Positions 1 through 11,955 of a DNA stretch of 64,000 bases are shown here, piece by piece. The notes beneath the pieces are model-generated. The model did no database searches and was not told where the DNA came from. It worked only from the letters and a program-made list of their open reading frames with translations. Each line of letters starts with the position of its first letter. Position 1 is the first letter of the stretch. Both the position numbers and the translations under genes were made by a program. This DNA is from Camelus ferus (lineage: Eukaryota): the NCBI RefSeq assembly GCF_009834535.1, contig NC_045696.1, forward strand, positions 94,490,001 to 94,554,000, in the 5' to 3' direction.

Positions 1-126
1 CATCATCACCATGAGACATTTTGGCTAAAACATACTGAGAACCTACTTTTACTCCCAAATATAATTTTATTTTACTAAATAGAAAATTTGAATTTAAAAG
101 AATACAGTCACATTTGTATTGCTCAC

Positions 127-203
127 TAAGCATCTTTTAATTTTTGCTGTGCAGTGTGGTATTCAGCTTTTTCATATGGCTTGTAAAAATCCAGGAAATT
201 CCA
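127..203 (-). CDS. Candidate internal coding exon of an unidentified minus-strand gene (WNFLDFYKPYEKAEYHTAQQKLKDA+TA)
   Basis: Strong acceptor tttttcatttcag and donor TA|gtgagc. 77 nt long with only one stop-free frame. No homology recognised. Confidence 0.4.
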
Positions 204-383
204 CTGAAATGAAAAATAATTCTAATCTTGCAGAACTTTTCATGTTGATGGTCTGGAATGCTAGAATATTCTAGAAAATCTTAAACATTCATGCATCTTA
301 ATTAATTAAGATAACACCAATTAATTATATGGATAATATTTGAAGTTCAGGTAATAGCCAAATGTTTAACAAAACATTTTCAC

Positions 384-482
384 CTGTAATGCTTGGATAA
401 AAGTCTTACAGAAGATCTTGAGTTTGCTAATACTTAATTTTACTTTTCTATGGCTGGAGTGTCTTCTTTTTAATTGCTTCAT
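384..482 (-). CDS. Candidate 99-nt phase 0-0 coding exon (MKQLKRRHSSHRKVKLSISKLKIFCKTFIQALQ)
   Basis: Acceptor tgtatgtttttactag and donor CAG|gtgaaa. The single open frame joins in frame to 127-203. Confidence 0.3.
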
Positions 483-710
483 CTAGTAAAAACATACAAC
501 AAAATTAAGTCTCTAGTTCTTGTATCTTACCCTACAATTTTGTGCAAAATGCAATCCCTAATAATAGAAACACTCAACACAGCAAGAAGTAATCCTCTGT
601 AAATAAGATAACCTTTATCCAAGTGGTCACTTAATTATGTTCAAATGAGAAAAAAATCTAAGATAAATTGGTACTGGGGAGTTATGTACTTTTGTGTCTC
701 TGTGTTCTAG

Positions 711-964
711 TTTTTTTATACTTGAAGTATAGTTGATTTATGTGTTATTTTCAGCTGTATAGCAAAGTGACTCAGTTATATATATATATATATATCATAC
801 ATACATATATATATACACACACACATATACATGTATGTATATACCATATCTTCTTTAGCCATTCAACTGTCAATGGACATTTAGGTTGCTTCCATGTCTT
901 GGCTATTGTAAACAGTGCTGCTGTGAACGTTGGGGTGCACGTATCTACTTTTCTATTCATCGAC

Positions 965-1014
<50 letters not shown>

Positions 1015-1392
1015 AGATAGATACACACACACACACACACACATCAGGGAGCGTAATTCCTCCAGCTTCCGTCTTCTTTCTCAAAATTGTTTTAGCTATT
1101 CAGGGTTTTTTGTGTTTCCATACAAATTTTAAAATTAGTTCTGTGAAAAATGCCATTGGTAATTTGATAGGGATTGCATTGACTCTGTAGGTTGCTTTGT
1201 GTAGTATGGTCATTTTGAAAATACTGCTTCTTCCAGTCCAAGATCACTGTATATCTTTCCATGTATTTGTGTCATGTTCAGTTTCTTTCATCAGTGTCTT
1301 ACAGTTTTCAGAGTACGGATCTTTTGCCTCATTAGGTAGGTTTATTTCTAGGGATTTTTTTTTTTTGATGCAATGGTAAATGGGATTGTTTC
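711..1392 (-). mobile_element. Truncated L1 (3' UTR end plus ORF2 fragments) with two internal deletions
   Basis: Begins ttgaagtatagttgattta (antisense L1 3' end). ORF 772-1044 encodes TCTPTFTAALFTIAKTWKQPKCP (ORF2 C-terminus). 1045-1392 matches 18750-19100 of the other L1 in this window. Imperfect TSD ctctgtgttctag (698-710) / ctatgtgttctac (1393-1405). Confidence 0.9.
965..1043 (+). repeat. Compound microsatellite (AGAT)~12 followed by (AC)~10
   Basis: Directly visible tandem repeats. Confidence 0.97.
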
Positions 1393-1714
1393 CTATGTGT
1401 TCTACTTATTTATGAGAAGAAGAGAAAAAGTTTAAACAGTTATTTAATTACATTATAAGGACATCTGAATTCAATAAAATCTTTGAGAAAGTCCAGAATT
1501 TTTATAGTAAGATATATATTACAGTTTGTTATTAATTACAAAGAAACTTTAGTATTTGGTGTCTTCTTTTCCATCGTATCAGTGTCATTTTGCAACCTAA
1601 AACATCTGGATACACAGAATCTGTGAATTAAATAAATAATAATATGAAAAAAACCTCTCTGCCATTATAAGAACAACAATAAAAATAGTTTAAAAAACCA
1701 CAGAGACTCCAAGA

Positions 1715-1822
1715 TCATCAGCTTCGTGGAAACAAGGATTTTTGTTTCATACACTGATGCACGCAAGCCGTCCAATAGTGTCTGGCACATACTAGGTCTT
1801 CAGTATTTATTGAATGAATAAA
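1715..1822 (+). mobile_element. L2 3' end fragment
   Basis: atagtgtctggcacatactaggtcttcagtatttattgaatgaataaa resembles the L2 3' terminus. Confidence 0.75.
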
Positions 1823-4156
1823 CCTTGTGGACTATTTCAAGGTCTAATCAGAAATGTATGATTTTCATTCCCTATAATAAAAAAAAACGATGAAAGTTGA
1901 GCCACACATCACATATAGAAAATAGAAAAACAAAGGAGAGCTAAGGAAAGAAGTAAAAAGAAAAAATAAGAGAAGATAAAATAGACTTGATATTAGAGAA
2001 TGGAAAAATCAGTTATTTTGATTAGAAAGAGAAATGGGTCTAGGGATGTTATACCCTCCCATACTGGAAAAGAACACCAATGAGAGTCATAGAAAAGAAA
2101 ACTAATCTTCATTGGGATTAAGAGGCTTCTGATAGACTAACTGGAGCCCAGCATGCATTAAATGCCTGCACGTACCTGTTTGGGTAGAGTCTGGGAAGTA
2201 GGAAAAGAACGTTAGGAAGGAATACAAATTTAAAGCAGTAAGTTAAATCCTGTTGACTCTAAATAATTGGTGTATCATAATATGTATCCAGTATTGACTT
2301 AAAGCCCTGTCATCCCCATAAACACAAATACTATAATTCTCTACAGTAGGCTAACGGGAAGATGGTAATGAGCAAAGAATAAATGAGAACAGGATGAACA
2401 GACAATCCAAAGTGGAGATCTACCTCCACCTTATGTGTAAGGGAAGCTGTGAAGTCATGTTCATAACTGGTTGAAAATCACTTACACATTCACCTGAGGC
2501 TGGCTTTACCAGCCATGGATCCAAGTTGCTGGGAGAAGTAGGGCAGTCGCCATCTCACAGAGGGCCTGAGTTGCGGCTTCAGGGAGCTCTGTCCGAACAT
2601 GATGCGATCCAGTGACTAGAGGTTTGAAGAACAGAGTTTTCCTTCACCTCTCACAATAAAGTACACACAAAAAAAGAGCAGAACCCCTAGCTGAAATTGG
2701 GCTGGGGTTTAGTGCATACGACAATCAAGAAATCATAACAGAAATCTGGTCATAAGTTAAGGTTTGGGAGGAGGACAGATGGCTGGTGAATGTATACAAA
2801 AACAACTACTTCGGGTACTCTGTGAGCCAAGCCAATTCCAACTCTACCTACTAGATCAAATAAACGTATGTCCACACTCACATGTAGAAAATCCGTGTAT
2901 AAAATGCACAGCAAGACAGCCTGTGTATTCAATGTCTTTGATACCCATAAATAGAAAGGTCCCATACCAAATACCCCTTGAACCATGGGTTGACCTGAAA
3001 TTCCATGCCTATATTTTATGGGTTAAAAACATTACTAATTACCAATATTGAATAAATTAAGGGGGAAAAAATCAATTGTGAATGAATAAGCAAATAGCAT
3101 ATCTCATTGCTAATCCCCTCCATTGTTTTATGCCCGTATGACTCATGTAACATTTATAAAGCAGAACCTGGTTTTCCTAAAAAATCCTGCAGAGAATTAA
3201 AGAATGCTTTCAAAATTAAAAAAAAAAAAAAGAAAATAATTATTTTCTGCTCCTCTGAGTAGAGAATAGAACTGAGTAGGTGTAGTGTGCTGCCACCTTT
3301 ATTTCTACTGGAGGTGACTGGAGTCACCCTGGACCATATTCCATTTTCTGGCCTTTGACTTGAGGCCCCTCACATGCATGTTCTATTTCCCACCACTCCA
3401 GAGTCACTGGTAACATGACAACTTTCCACATGCAAAAGTAAAATTAATAAACTTATATTATTTATGTCTGGGTTTTTTAAAAAAACATACATCAGAGGGA
3501 GCTTACACTATGCAAATGCTCAGCTGCCAACACAGCCCAGATGGGCTCAGGAACAGAGAATGATGTAGATCGGCAGGACCAGAGCAGTCTGTGGGAAGTC
3601 TGGGCAGAAGATCTGATGCATAAGACAGTAAAGGACTATTGAATGCTCCATGATAGATGTGCTTGTTCCCTTGCCCAGATGCCCTTGAATAAAGACATTT
3701 TGATCTCCAAGGCTGACCTGAAAAAAGATAGTTTAATCTAGTTTTGAAAGAATAGCCCTACTGCACAAACACTGGCTCACAACGTTAAAAAATATCAACT
3801 AAAATAGCAAAGGGCATTCATATCTCATTAAACCAGCTATCATATTTGATATTCCACTTAATTGAGTATTTCTTAATTTGTTCAAAATTGCACGAGCCTG
3901 CTGTGTTAAGTCCATTATTGCATATGGGAATACCCACTTTCAGAAGAGAGACAGAAAAAAGTGTTAACCTGCTTGCTCTTGGTTTTTTCTTTTCCCACCT
4001 CTACCTTATTCCCAAACTGCAGTTCACACTTACTTGCTCCCATTTCTTTAATTTTCTCTTCTTCTGCCGTTCTTTCTTCCTAGTTCTCATTTTCCTATGC
4101 TCGGCTCACTTTTCTTTCTATGGCTGCCTTAGGACTCAGCTTTTTTAGCTAGTTAG

Positions 4157-4631
4157 TGATATCACTAACCAGCCTTTGACTCCAAGAGACTCAATATATA
4201 AACAGACAACAGCCAGATCAAATATAAAAACATCTCTGACCCACAATCTACAGCAACCAGTCCAGGAAGCCAAACCACAATTTCTGTAGCAACTCGTCCC
4301 AAATAATCAGGACTTGATTGATAACTGATAACCTCCATATTTGTACCCACTTTGAACTTAGGGCCACCTGGAGAAAGCCAAATAGGCACCCATAACCAAT
4401 CACATAGGATGCCCTACTTCTAATTTGCCTGCCTCCAGCCTCCCCCACACCAGCAGCCTCCAATCAGGGCACATCTGAAGCCTTCCTTTTCTTCCGGTAT
4501 AAAGCTTTCCCACTCTGCCTGCCTTTGAGTCTCTACTAAAACACAAATGATGGTAGCTGACTCCCTTGCCATAGCAAGCCCTGAATAAATAGTCTTTGCT
4601 TGTTCTCATTTGGGTGAACTTTATTTCCACA
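4157..4631 (+). mobile_element. ERV1-class solo LTR (MER34-like)
   Basis: CCAAT boxes, TATAAA at about 4498, AATAAA at about 4584, and a terminal ...tttatttccaca. Resembles recalled MER34-group LTRs. Confidence 0.8.
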
Positions 4632-4935
4632 GTTTTTTCGTTTCACAAAATTGCCAATTACAGAAATTCTTTGAATAAATACCACGGCCTTGGCTTTTCT
4701 GGAGGCATTAGCTCTCTAGCTCCTTCCTTCAATTCCTCACTTTACCCAAACGCAGGCTATCCTTTAGGAGCCTTTAGAAAGAACCTCTTTTTTTTTTTTA
4801 ACTACATGTTTTATTAGACTGAAAAATGGTGAAATATTATTTAAATTGAATGTGCATCAATTCTTGTTCCTAAGCTAAAAAATAAAATCGTAAATTTGTT
4901 CCCATAAGTATAACAGGATGTCTAATAATGCTTAC

Positions 4936-4957
4936 TTCATCTATCAATGAACATATT
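4936..4957 (-). CDS. Candidate 22-nt micro-exon (A+ICSLIDE)
   Basis: Acceptor gacttttcag and donor GAA|gtaagc. Phase-compatible with 5670-5736 and 384-482. Confidence 0.2.
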
Positions 4958-5669
4958 CTGAAAAGTCATTTGGTCTTGTGTCAAATAGATACTATAAAAA
5001 TAGAATGGGCTTTTTGTCTGAAACTATTATGTAAGGCCTCAGAGTTTTCTAGTAGTTTAATGCTTTCCATTCTATTCACGTCTTTGTTGATGTGAAATGT
5101 AAAACGGAATAACCTTATATATGCATATTGGGACTTCTAACAGGTAAGGGTTTCCATGGATACTTTTATACAGCCAGAGTTTGTGTGTGACGAAAAGCAT
5201 TCATTTCTACTTCTAAGCAATTCTGTTCTGATAAAGAACTCCTGCCAATCATTTCATACGTCTTGACTTTCTTAAAGAATAAAAATAATACGTATCATAT
5301 GTGCTATGTTGTAAGTCATGAGATAGTCTGTCTCAGTAACCTTTCAATCATCTGGCCTATTCTAGGAGTGCCTTGTAATTTTGTTAAAGCTTGAAAAATC
5401 TAAGAAGGTTTTGTAAGCAAATTTTAATTAGTTTAAAGTATTGTCTTCTAGACCTGTATAAAGCATTTCTCTCTCTTTTTTTAAGGGGTGGTCATAATTT
5501 AGGCAGTTTAAATTACCCAATTACCAATGCTAAAAGAAAGGTTTATCTCTTACTTAAAATAGCATTTGGAACAGTTTAATCTTCTGTTGTATCTTGACTT
5601 GAAAATTTTCAAAAGTCTTTGACTGAATCTTATTTCCTGACATGCCAGCCAAATGAAATTTTCTCCTAC

Positions 5670-5736
5670 CTTCCTATCTTTTGGAGAAACATCTCAAAAA
5701 CGATGTAAGATTTCAGTTCATGGAGTAGCTGGAGCC
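5670..5736 (-). CDS. Candidate first or upstream exon (LQLLHELKSYIVFE)MFLQKIG+AG
   Basis: Donor AAG|gtagga and in-frame ATG at 5692. Adjacent to a GC-richer patch with X-box-like motifs. Confidence 0.2.
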
Positions 5737-6059
5737 CTGTGGTGGCAACAACTGAGCGATGACTGGCGGGTCACTTCTGTCCCCTTGCTGGCAACAGCAA
5801 TGCCAGGAAAAGGCCGAAAGAATGTCCATCTGTTTCTAACAAGTCCACAAAAGAGCCTCAGGAGCTCCCAGTGCAGGCTGTCTGTAGAACCTTGGCCACA
5901 CCCTCCTCCCACCCTCCTGATCTGTAGATCCTCCTCTTGCTGAAGGCATCTCTCAGGATGCCTTCCCGCCCTTCCTCCGTCACAGCGTCTTGCTGCTGAA
6001 GCAGATGTTTTGTTTCCTGACTCGTGCAATCATTCCCCTTTGCTTGTGGCTGAGACTCC

Positions 6060-6196
6060 TGGCTTCATTTTAGTTGTGTCATTTTGTATGTTTTTTTAAA
6101 AAGTTGTACACATTTTTGTTTGTTTAAAAGTAGTTACTTAGAACAGGAACAGAAAGGGGCTTAAGCTTCATCACCTTCCAGGTAATGCACCTCTAG
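6060..6196 (-). mobile_element. MER53-like hAT MITE fragment
   Basis: ggggcttaagcttcatcaccttccaggtaatgcacctct resembles the recalled MER53 terminus. Confidence 0.5.
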
Positions 6197-6307
6197 AAGA
6201 ACCATAGTAAGGCCTGACCCCCACCACTGCTAGGTTAAATTTTAAGCCCTATAGTTTATGTTCTTATTAGTGTTCTTACTTTATGTACTTATGTTTATTC
6301 TCTTATC

Positions 6308-6686
6308 TTTTTTATTGAAGTAGTCAGTTTACAATGTTGCAACAATTTCTGGTGTACAGCATAATGTTTCAGTCATACATATATATATATGTATTCCTTT
6401 TCATATTCTTTTTCATTATAGGATACTACACGATATTGAATATAGTTCCCTGTGCTATACAGAAGAAACTTGTTTATCTATTTTATATATAGTTATTAGT
6501 ATCTGCAAATCTCAAACTCCTAATCTATCCCTTCCTACCCCCTTCCCCCGCTGGTAACCATAAGTTTGTTTTCTTTCTGTGAATCTGTTTCTGTTTTGTA
6601 AATAAGTTTGTCTTTTTTTTTAGATTCCACATATAAATGATATCGTATGGTATTTTTCTCTCTCTTTCTGGCTTATATCACTTAGA
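6308..6686 (-). mobile_element. Young L1 3' UTR fragment
   Basis: Poly-T followed by attgaagtagtcagtttacaatg...; highly similar to 17281-17655 and, inverted, to 27073-27339. Confidence 0.93.
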
Positions 6687-6859
6687 GTATTTGTTCACTT
6701 TTAAAAGAACAAGGATCAAACTCCTTAAAATGTTATATGGAGTCCATGATGGTCAGTCACATTGATGCCATCCTTTGAAGTTTAATTTCCAGAAAGTTCC
6801 TTCCACATATAAAATAGTCTCTGAACTGCTGTTCTCCATTTCATTTTGTTCTTTCATGC

Positions 6860-7140
6860 TTCCAAACCTTAGCACTTTCTATTCCTTTGCCCAGAATGTC
6901 CTGCCAGCTCACCTTCCTCTCACCCTTTTTTCCCAATATTCACCCATCAGACTCCTCCTGATCATTAAGAGACACTGTTAGCATCAGCTCTTCCGTGAAG
7001 AACACAGAATACACTGCTTATACTCCCGCACTCCCAAAAGTCAGGAATCCTTTACTCCGCACTTCAGTACCTGTCCTGCATTCCTCCAGTGCAGCAGTGT
7101 CACACTGGATTACATGCCTTTTCTGATATGTCAGTTTCTC
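6860..7140 (+). mobile_element. L2 fragment
   Basis: ttcctttgcccagaatgtcctgcc...catcagctcttccgtgaag is degenerate L2 3' region sequence. Confidence 0.55.
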
Positions 7141-7169
7141 CACAGAAAACTCAGATCATTTTAGGGAGG

Positions 7170-7327
7170 TAACACTGGAATCAGGATCATGAGAATTGAG
7201 TGTGAGGACAAGTTTTGTCAGTCCTTCACTGTATAATTTGAAAACTGGCTGTTCTAAGCTATAAACCGAGGGACCTGGATCATATGACACCTGAAATCCC
7301 TCCCAACCCTAATGTTCTATAATTCTT
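7170..7327 (+). mobile_element. MIR/MIR3 fragment
   Basis: ctggatcatatgacacctgaaatccctcccaaccctaatgttctataattct resembles the MIR3/L3 tail. Confidence 0.6.
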
Positions 7328-8114
7328 TGGTTCTCAAATAGCATCCAGAGTATGTACATGTAATAGTGTATTTTTAAATACACTATTTAATAAATATTTA
7401 TAGAACTCCAACTATATGCCTAGAACTGTGCTAGATTTTTTTTGAAAGATAATCAATGTTTGCCTTCATGGTTTATAAGAATTAGGCCTATTTAGAGTTA
7501 CCTTGATAGATTTAAGCAAACAGAATATTAAAATATAGGAGAAAAATACTCAGCACACTGCAAGAATTATATGTTTTAATAACTGAAAAATGTAACAAGC
7601 TACTTCATATGGTGTAAGTCAAAAAGTCAAGATATTTGCTCAAATGCTTTCATTAACTGTGAAAATGTTTGCAGAAACCATGAGTTTTGATAAGACAAGT
7701 CTGTTGATACAGTTTTTATTTATTTCTCATGGCAAGATGTCTAAAAAAAAATCTAATTAACTTGGGTTCAAAGTGAAAGCATGTCTTTTCAGATTTCCAC
7801 GAAGTCCAGAGAGAGAGAGTGTATGTGTGTGGGTGTGTGTAGGTGGGTAGGCTCTAGTGTTCCAAATCTGTATATTCCACTTGTTTGGCTTCTTTTGGTC
7901 AATAACAAATTCATTCAGTAAGCACATTTTACCCCTACTTCCTACAAAATACTGTGTTGGCACCATGGATGCAAAAGGTCACATGAGGCTCTGGAATCCA
8001 AACCTAGCAAAAAAAAAAGGGGGGGGGTGCAGGTCCTGGACAAATCAGCCCATGAAAGATCTCTGTGCACCCCTGCTCCCTAGTTCTCATCAACACCAAG
8101 GAAAATATTCACAG

Positions 8115-8478
8115 TAATAATAATAATATTCAATACCTTGCATTTGCAATTTGCCAAGGATTTTCATATCAACTCAGTAATCAGTGATGATAAGTTTTTG
8201 ACCATCAATTTTTTCCATGATAACTTCTTCAAAACTTCTTTAACTACAGCAGAGTCAGTCATCTTTCATTTTGCATATTCACAGTTTGCTCTGCTTACCT
8301 CTATTCAGGCAGCTGTCCAGTGGGTAGGTATTATCATTTTCCTTGGTTCACCGAAGAGGAAAGGAGGAGGCAGAAGTGGTAAATAAGCTGTGTAAGTTCA
8401 CACAGCTCGGAAGTGGTACCACTGGAATTTAAGTCCAGGAAATCTAACTCCCAAGTCAGTGCTGCTCAATACTGCATT
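8115..8478 (-). mobile_element. MIR, interrupted by about 140 bp of other sequence
   Basis: MIR core: gtaggtattatcatt...gttcacacagctcggaagtgg...ggaatttaagtccagg...ctaactcc. Confidence 0.7.
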
Positions 8479-11129
8479 GTCATTTTATCCTGGGGGAATT
8501 AGAACCTAGAAATTTAAAAAGGACACATGCAGCTTTGAGGGAGAGTTGGAGTCTATAAAGAGAGAACGCTTTGGTCTTGAATATGTGATTTATGGGCCAA
8601 TTAGATGCATGCAGTTGAGCCTTGGGTCTTTTTAGTACCAGCCAATGAACCTTCTCCTCCCTTCTAAGCCAGCGCCTAGCACCCAGAGCTCCAGGCATCT
8701 TAGATTCTGAAAATGGATCTGTCCCTCTGCTGAGATTTGTTCCAGCCCAGAAATAGCTCTTCCACTTAAGGGGGAATGTAAAGAACTCTTAACAAACCGT
8801 AGTTAGTTACCCTGGGGGAGAACAGTCTAGTAGAGAAAACCAAGAGACTGTGTACAGAAGTTAAAGTATAACAAAGACTTAAACACCAGTGCAATTAAGA
8901 GCCAGTGAGTGTCACCACTGACAGTAGGCAATGCATTGTTCCACTGCTCAGAGAGGGAGAATCCCTTTGCAGTTACGCAGTGTTGAAGGAAATAGAGCCA
9001 TGGGTTCAGCCTGCAAAGTCTGATGCATTTCACCAACTAGGGAGTGGAGGGGAACATTCTTGGTGAAAGGAACAATGAAAGCAAAAATGTGACATGAGAA
9101 ATATGCTTTGCGTTCTCAAATGAGGGTCCTGAAATACCACTTTTGGAAAAGCAGGTTGGATTACAGTGGTGGCAGCAGAATCAAGAACGGTTCAAGGTGC
9201 AAGTTTGGAAATGAAAAGACAGAGCTCTCAGTGATTCCTAACTTGTGGAGCGAATCAAAACAGAAGCCTTTTTATGGGTACAGCATTCAGATTCTGCCAT
9301 GGATCTGAGTTAAGAGATTCCTGCTTATTTGTCTTACTGGCGTCAAAACTGTTAGATGCTTGTAATTAAGTCACTTTTAGAATTCTGCCACCTTCAGCCA
9401 CCTGGAGATTAATGTAGGCCCCCATATTCTGGAGAGGGCATAGGAATGCGGTGACAAATGCAGTGTATACTTTTATTTAATTGAGAAAGAATTAGCTGCC
9501 ATCTTTCAATGTTTGCTTCCATTAAAAAAAAAAAAACCCGCAGATTTCTAAAAGGATATTTGGTGCATTAAAACAAATCAAAACAATGTAAGAAAAGACA
9601 AACACAAAACATTTTTTTAATTGCTCTGAATTCCACCACCAAAAAGACCTCCATTATAAACATCTTACAAGTATATGCTTTCTTTTCTTAGGCGGATTGA
9701 TTTGTCTCTTTACTTATTTATAATTTGTAATAAATGTGTAGATTTGCCATGGCATTATTTTTCTTTTCCTCATACTTGAAGGACCATGTCCAGACCTTTA
9801 TTTGTATGATACTGTGCAGCAGTTACTGTATAACTTCTCACTATTCTCATTCACTCATAATCATTCTCTCTCTGTCTCATTTTCCCTCTGAGGTATCTGC
9901 GTGTGTGAGTATCTGTGTGTGTGCTTCTGTCTTCCTTCAGTGGACTTTCCCAGGGGAAGGAGACTCAGTAAGTAAGGGCTAAGGTGGGAGCATACTTGGT
10001 TCTGACGTCTCTCTTCTGAGATTTGGCTCAATGTCCTAGACCAGGGTTTTGTAAGTCTGGAGGTGCACCCAATTCTCGTAGAGGGTGAGGTGGGGTGGGA
10101 GGAGAGAATACCATTCTACCTTGGACCAATTTCCAAGTGCCGAGTGTCACAGAAGGAATTTTATTTCTGAGAGCATCAACTTCCTTTTTTATTTTCCTCA
10201 TTTTACCTGTAGTTTCTGGTAGCAACTTCCACTGTGGCCCTATACAGGAGAAGACAGGGTTAATTATAGCTTGTTTTTCTGAATATCTAGGAATATTGTG
10301 AGAATATCAGGATTTAGTCAGTGCACCAAACTGACTTCTGGATTTGGAAGCACTTTGAACCCCACTTGTGCTGCCTTCCTTCTCCAAAACCTTCCACTCC
10401 CCTCCAAAACCTGTTTCTTTCCTTGATTGTGTTCCTGAAGCTTGCATGGTCACAGTACGTGCCCTCCCTTGTTTTTATTGTTAGAGTATATAGATATAAT
10501 GCAGAAGTCCAGAGTCTGGTAATAACGGATATCCCTGGAACTATCGAGAACCTCTGTTCCAAGAATTCCTCTCGTCCAGCTTTTTATTTCTCTTTATGTG
10601 CTCCTCTTCTTAACATCAAGAAGAGAAATAGTTTCTCACTTGAGCCACATTTAGAATTGGGAGAAGCCCCAGCTAAGGTTCCAGCTAGACTCTTAAATCT
10701 TCTGACACTTTAACCAATGAGGGGCCTTTCTTCTTTTCTCAAGACTATATAAGAAGTTGATTTATTAGATACTAATCTCTCCTAAGATCCTTGAACTAAA
10801 TTACGTTTTTCTGGGGCACGCTTTAGAGGATACTGCCCTTACAAAGACCATGGCAGAGTGTCAAGACATAATAAATAGCTGATTACAGTGTACCTACTCT
10901 GACAGTACTTTTAAGGAAACTGAATACCACTTATTTTTTTTTAAATATCATAAAGGCATAATACAAATGTCTAGAGTTATCTGAGATTAAACAAATTAAT
11001 CATTTTATGCCATGCTACAGAGGATTTGGAAAGGAATATACATTGTAAGTGAAGAATTAGAAGACAAGTAACAGTAATTCAGAGATGCTAAGACAAGTCA
11101 ATGATGATTGATAGGTAATGAACTAAGGA

Positions 11130-11420
11130 AATAGTTATGCATTTAAGTGGTAAAATTAGATATTAGAAACAACCTAAATAGCCAACAATAGTGAAATATT
11201 TAAATAAATTTTGTAATGTCCATATAATGGAATATTACACAGCCATTATTATTTAGGTAATGTGTATATAAGATGATTTCAATTGTGCAAATAATATACA
11301 TATTTGAATAAATGGGAAAAAATTACACTAACATTTTAGGAGGATTTATTTCTAGATTGTGGACTTTGGGATAACTTTCTTTTTTATACTTTGTGATGTT
11401 TAATGAACACACATTACTCT
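11130..11420 (+). mobile_element. Old L1 (L1ME-like) 3' fragment
   Basis: gaaacaacctaaatagccaacaatag...catataatggaatattacacagccatt. Confidence 0.7.
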
Positions 11421-11709
11421 TAAAGGAGGAGATATATATTTTACATCAGTTAACAATAATGAAGCATCAATGAAAGAAATGTTTATCAGAATAAAGAGAG
11501 CTGGGAAAAGATTAAGATGCACTTTCAATGTAAAAACTGCAAACATTTTGCCAGGAGACCAAGGCTGTAAATAGATTAAAAAATGGAGCTTTTAATTCCT
11601 AGATATCTCTCTAGATGAAAAGAAATAAAGATTTTCCTATGACTAGAATGAAATGAAAAGTCACATTTTAACTAAGTAGTAGTTGAAAATGAGTGAGTAC
11701 CAGTGAATG

Positions 11710-11955
11710 AAATTTAGAGTAACAAAATTTTAGAGTTAGTTAAGACTTCAGCAGTCATCGAATCCAACCTTTTGAGAGGGTCAAGAATCCCTTCTTTGGT
11801 ACACTGGAGAAGTGGGCATCCAATTTGTTTGAATACCTGCAATGGACACACAGCTGACCACCTTAGACACAGTCTACTCTACCCCTTCGCAATTCTAGGT
11901 GTTAGAAAGTTCTCTTTTATGTGGAATTGAAATTGGAGTCCAGTAACTTCCATAT
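11710..11955 (-). mobile_element. CR1/L3 3' fragment
   Basis: gtcatcgaatccaacc...catccaatttgtttgaatacc...gttagaaagttctc...gtaacttcca. Confidence 0.65.

Noticed and set aside
531..596. Possible extra minus-strand exon with a gtaaga donor (GLLLAVLSVSIIRDCILHKIV)
   Set aside because: It would leave an intron of under 50 nt before the 384-482 exon, too short for mammalian splicing.
3313..3328. Inverted repeat ggtgact-gg-agtcacc
   Set aside because: A 7-bp arm palindrome is expected by chance in 64 kb and does not match a nuclear receptor element.
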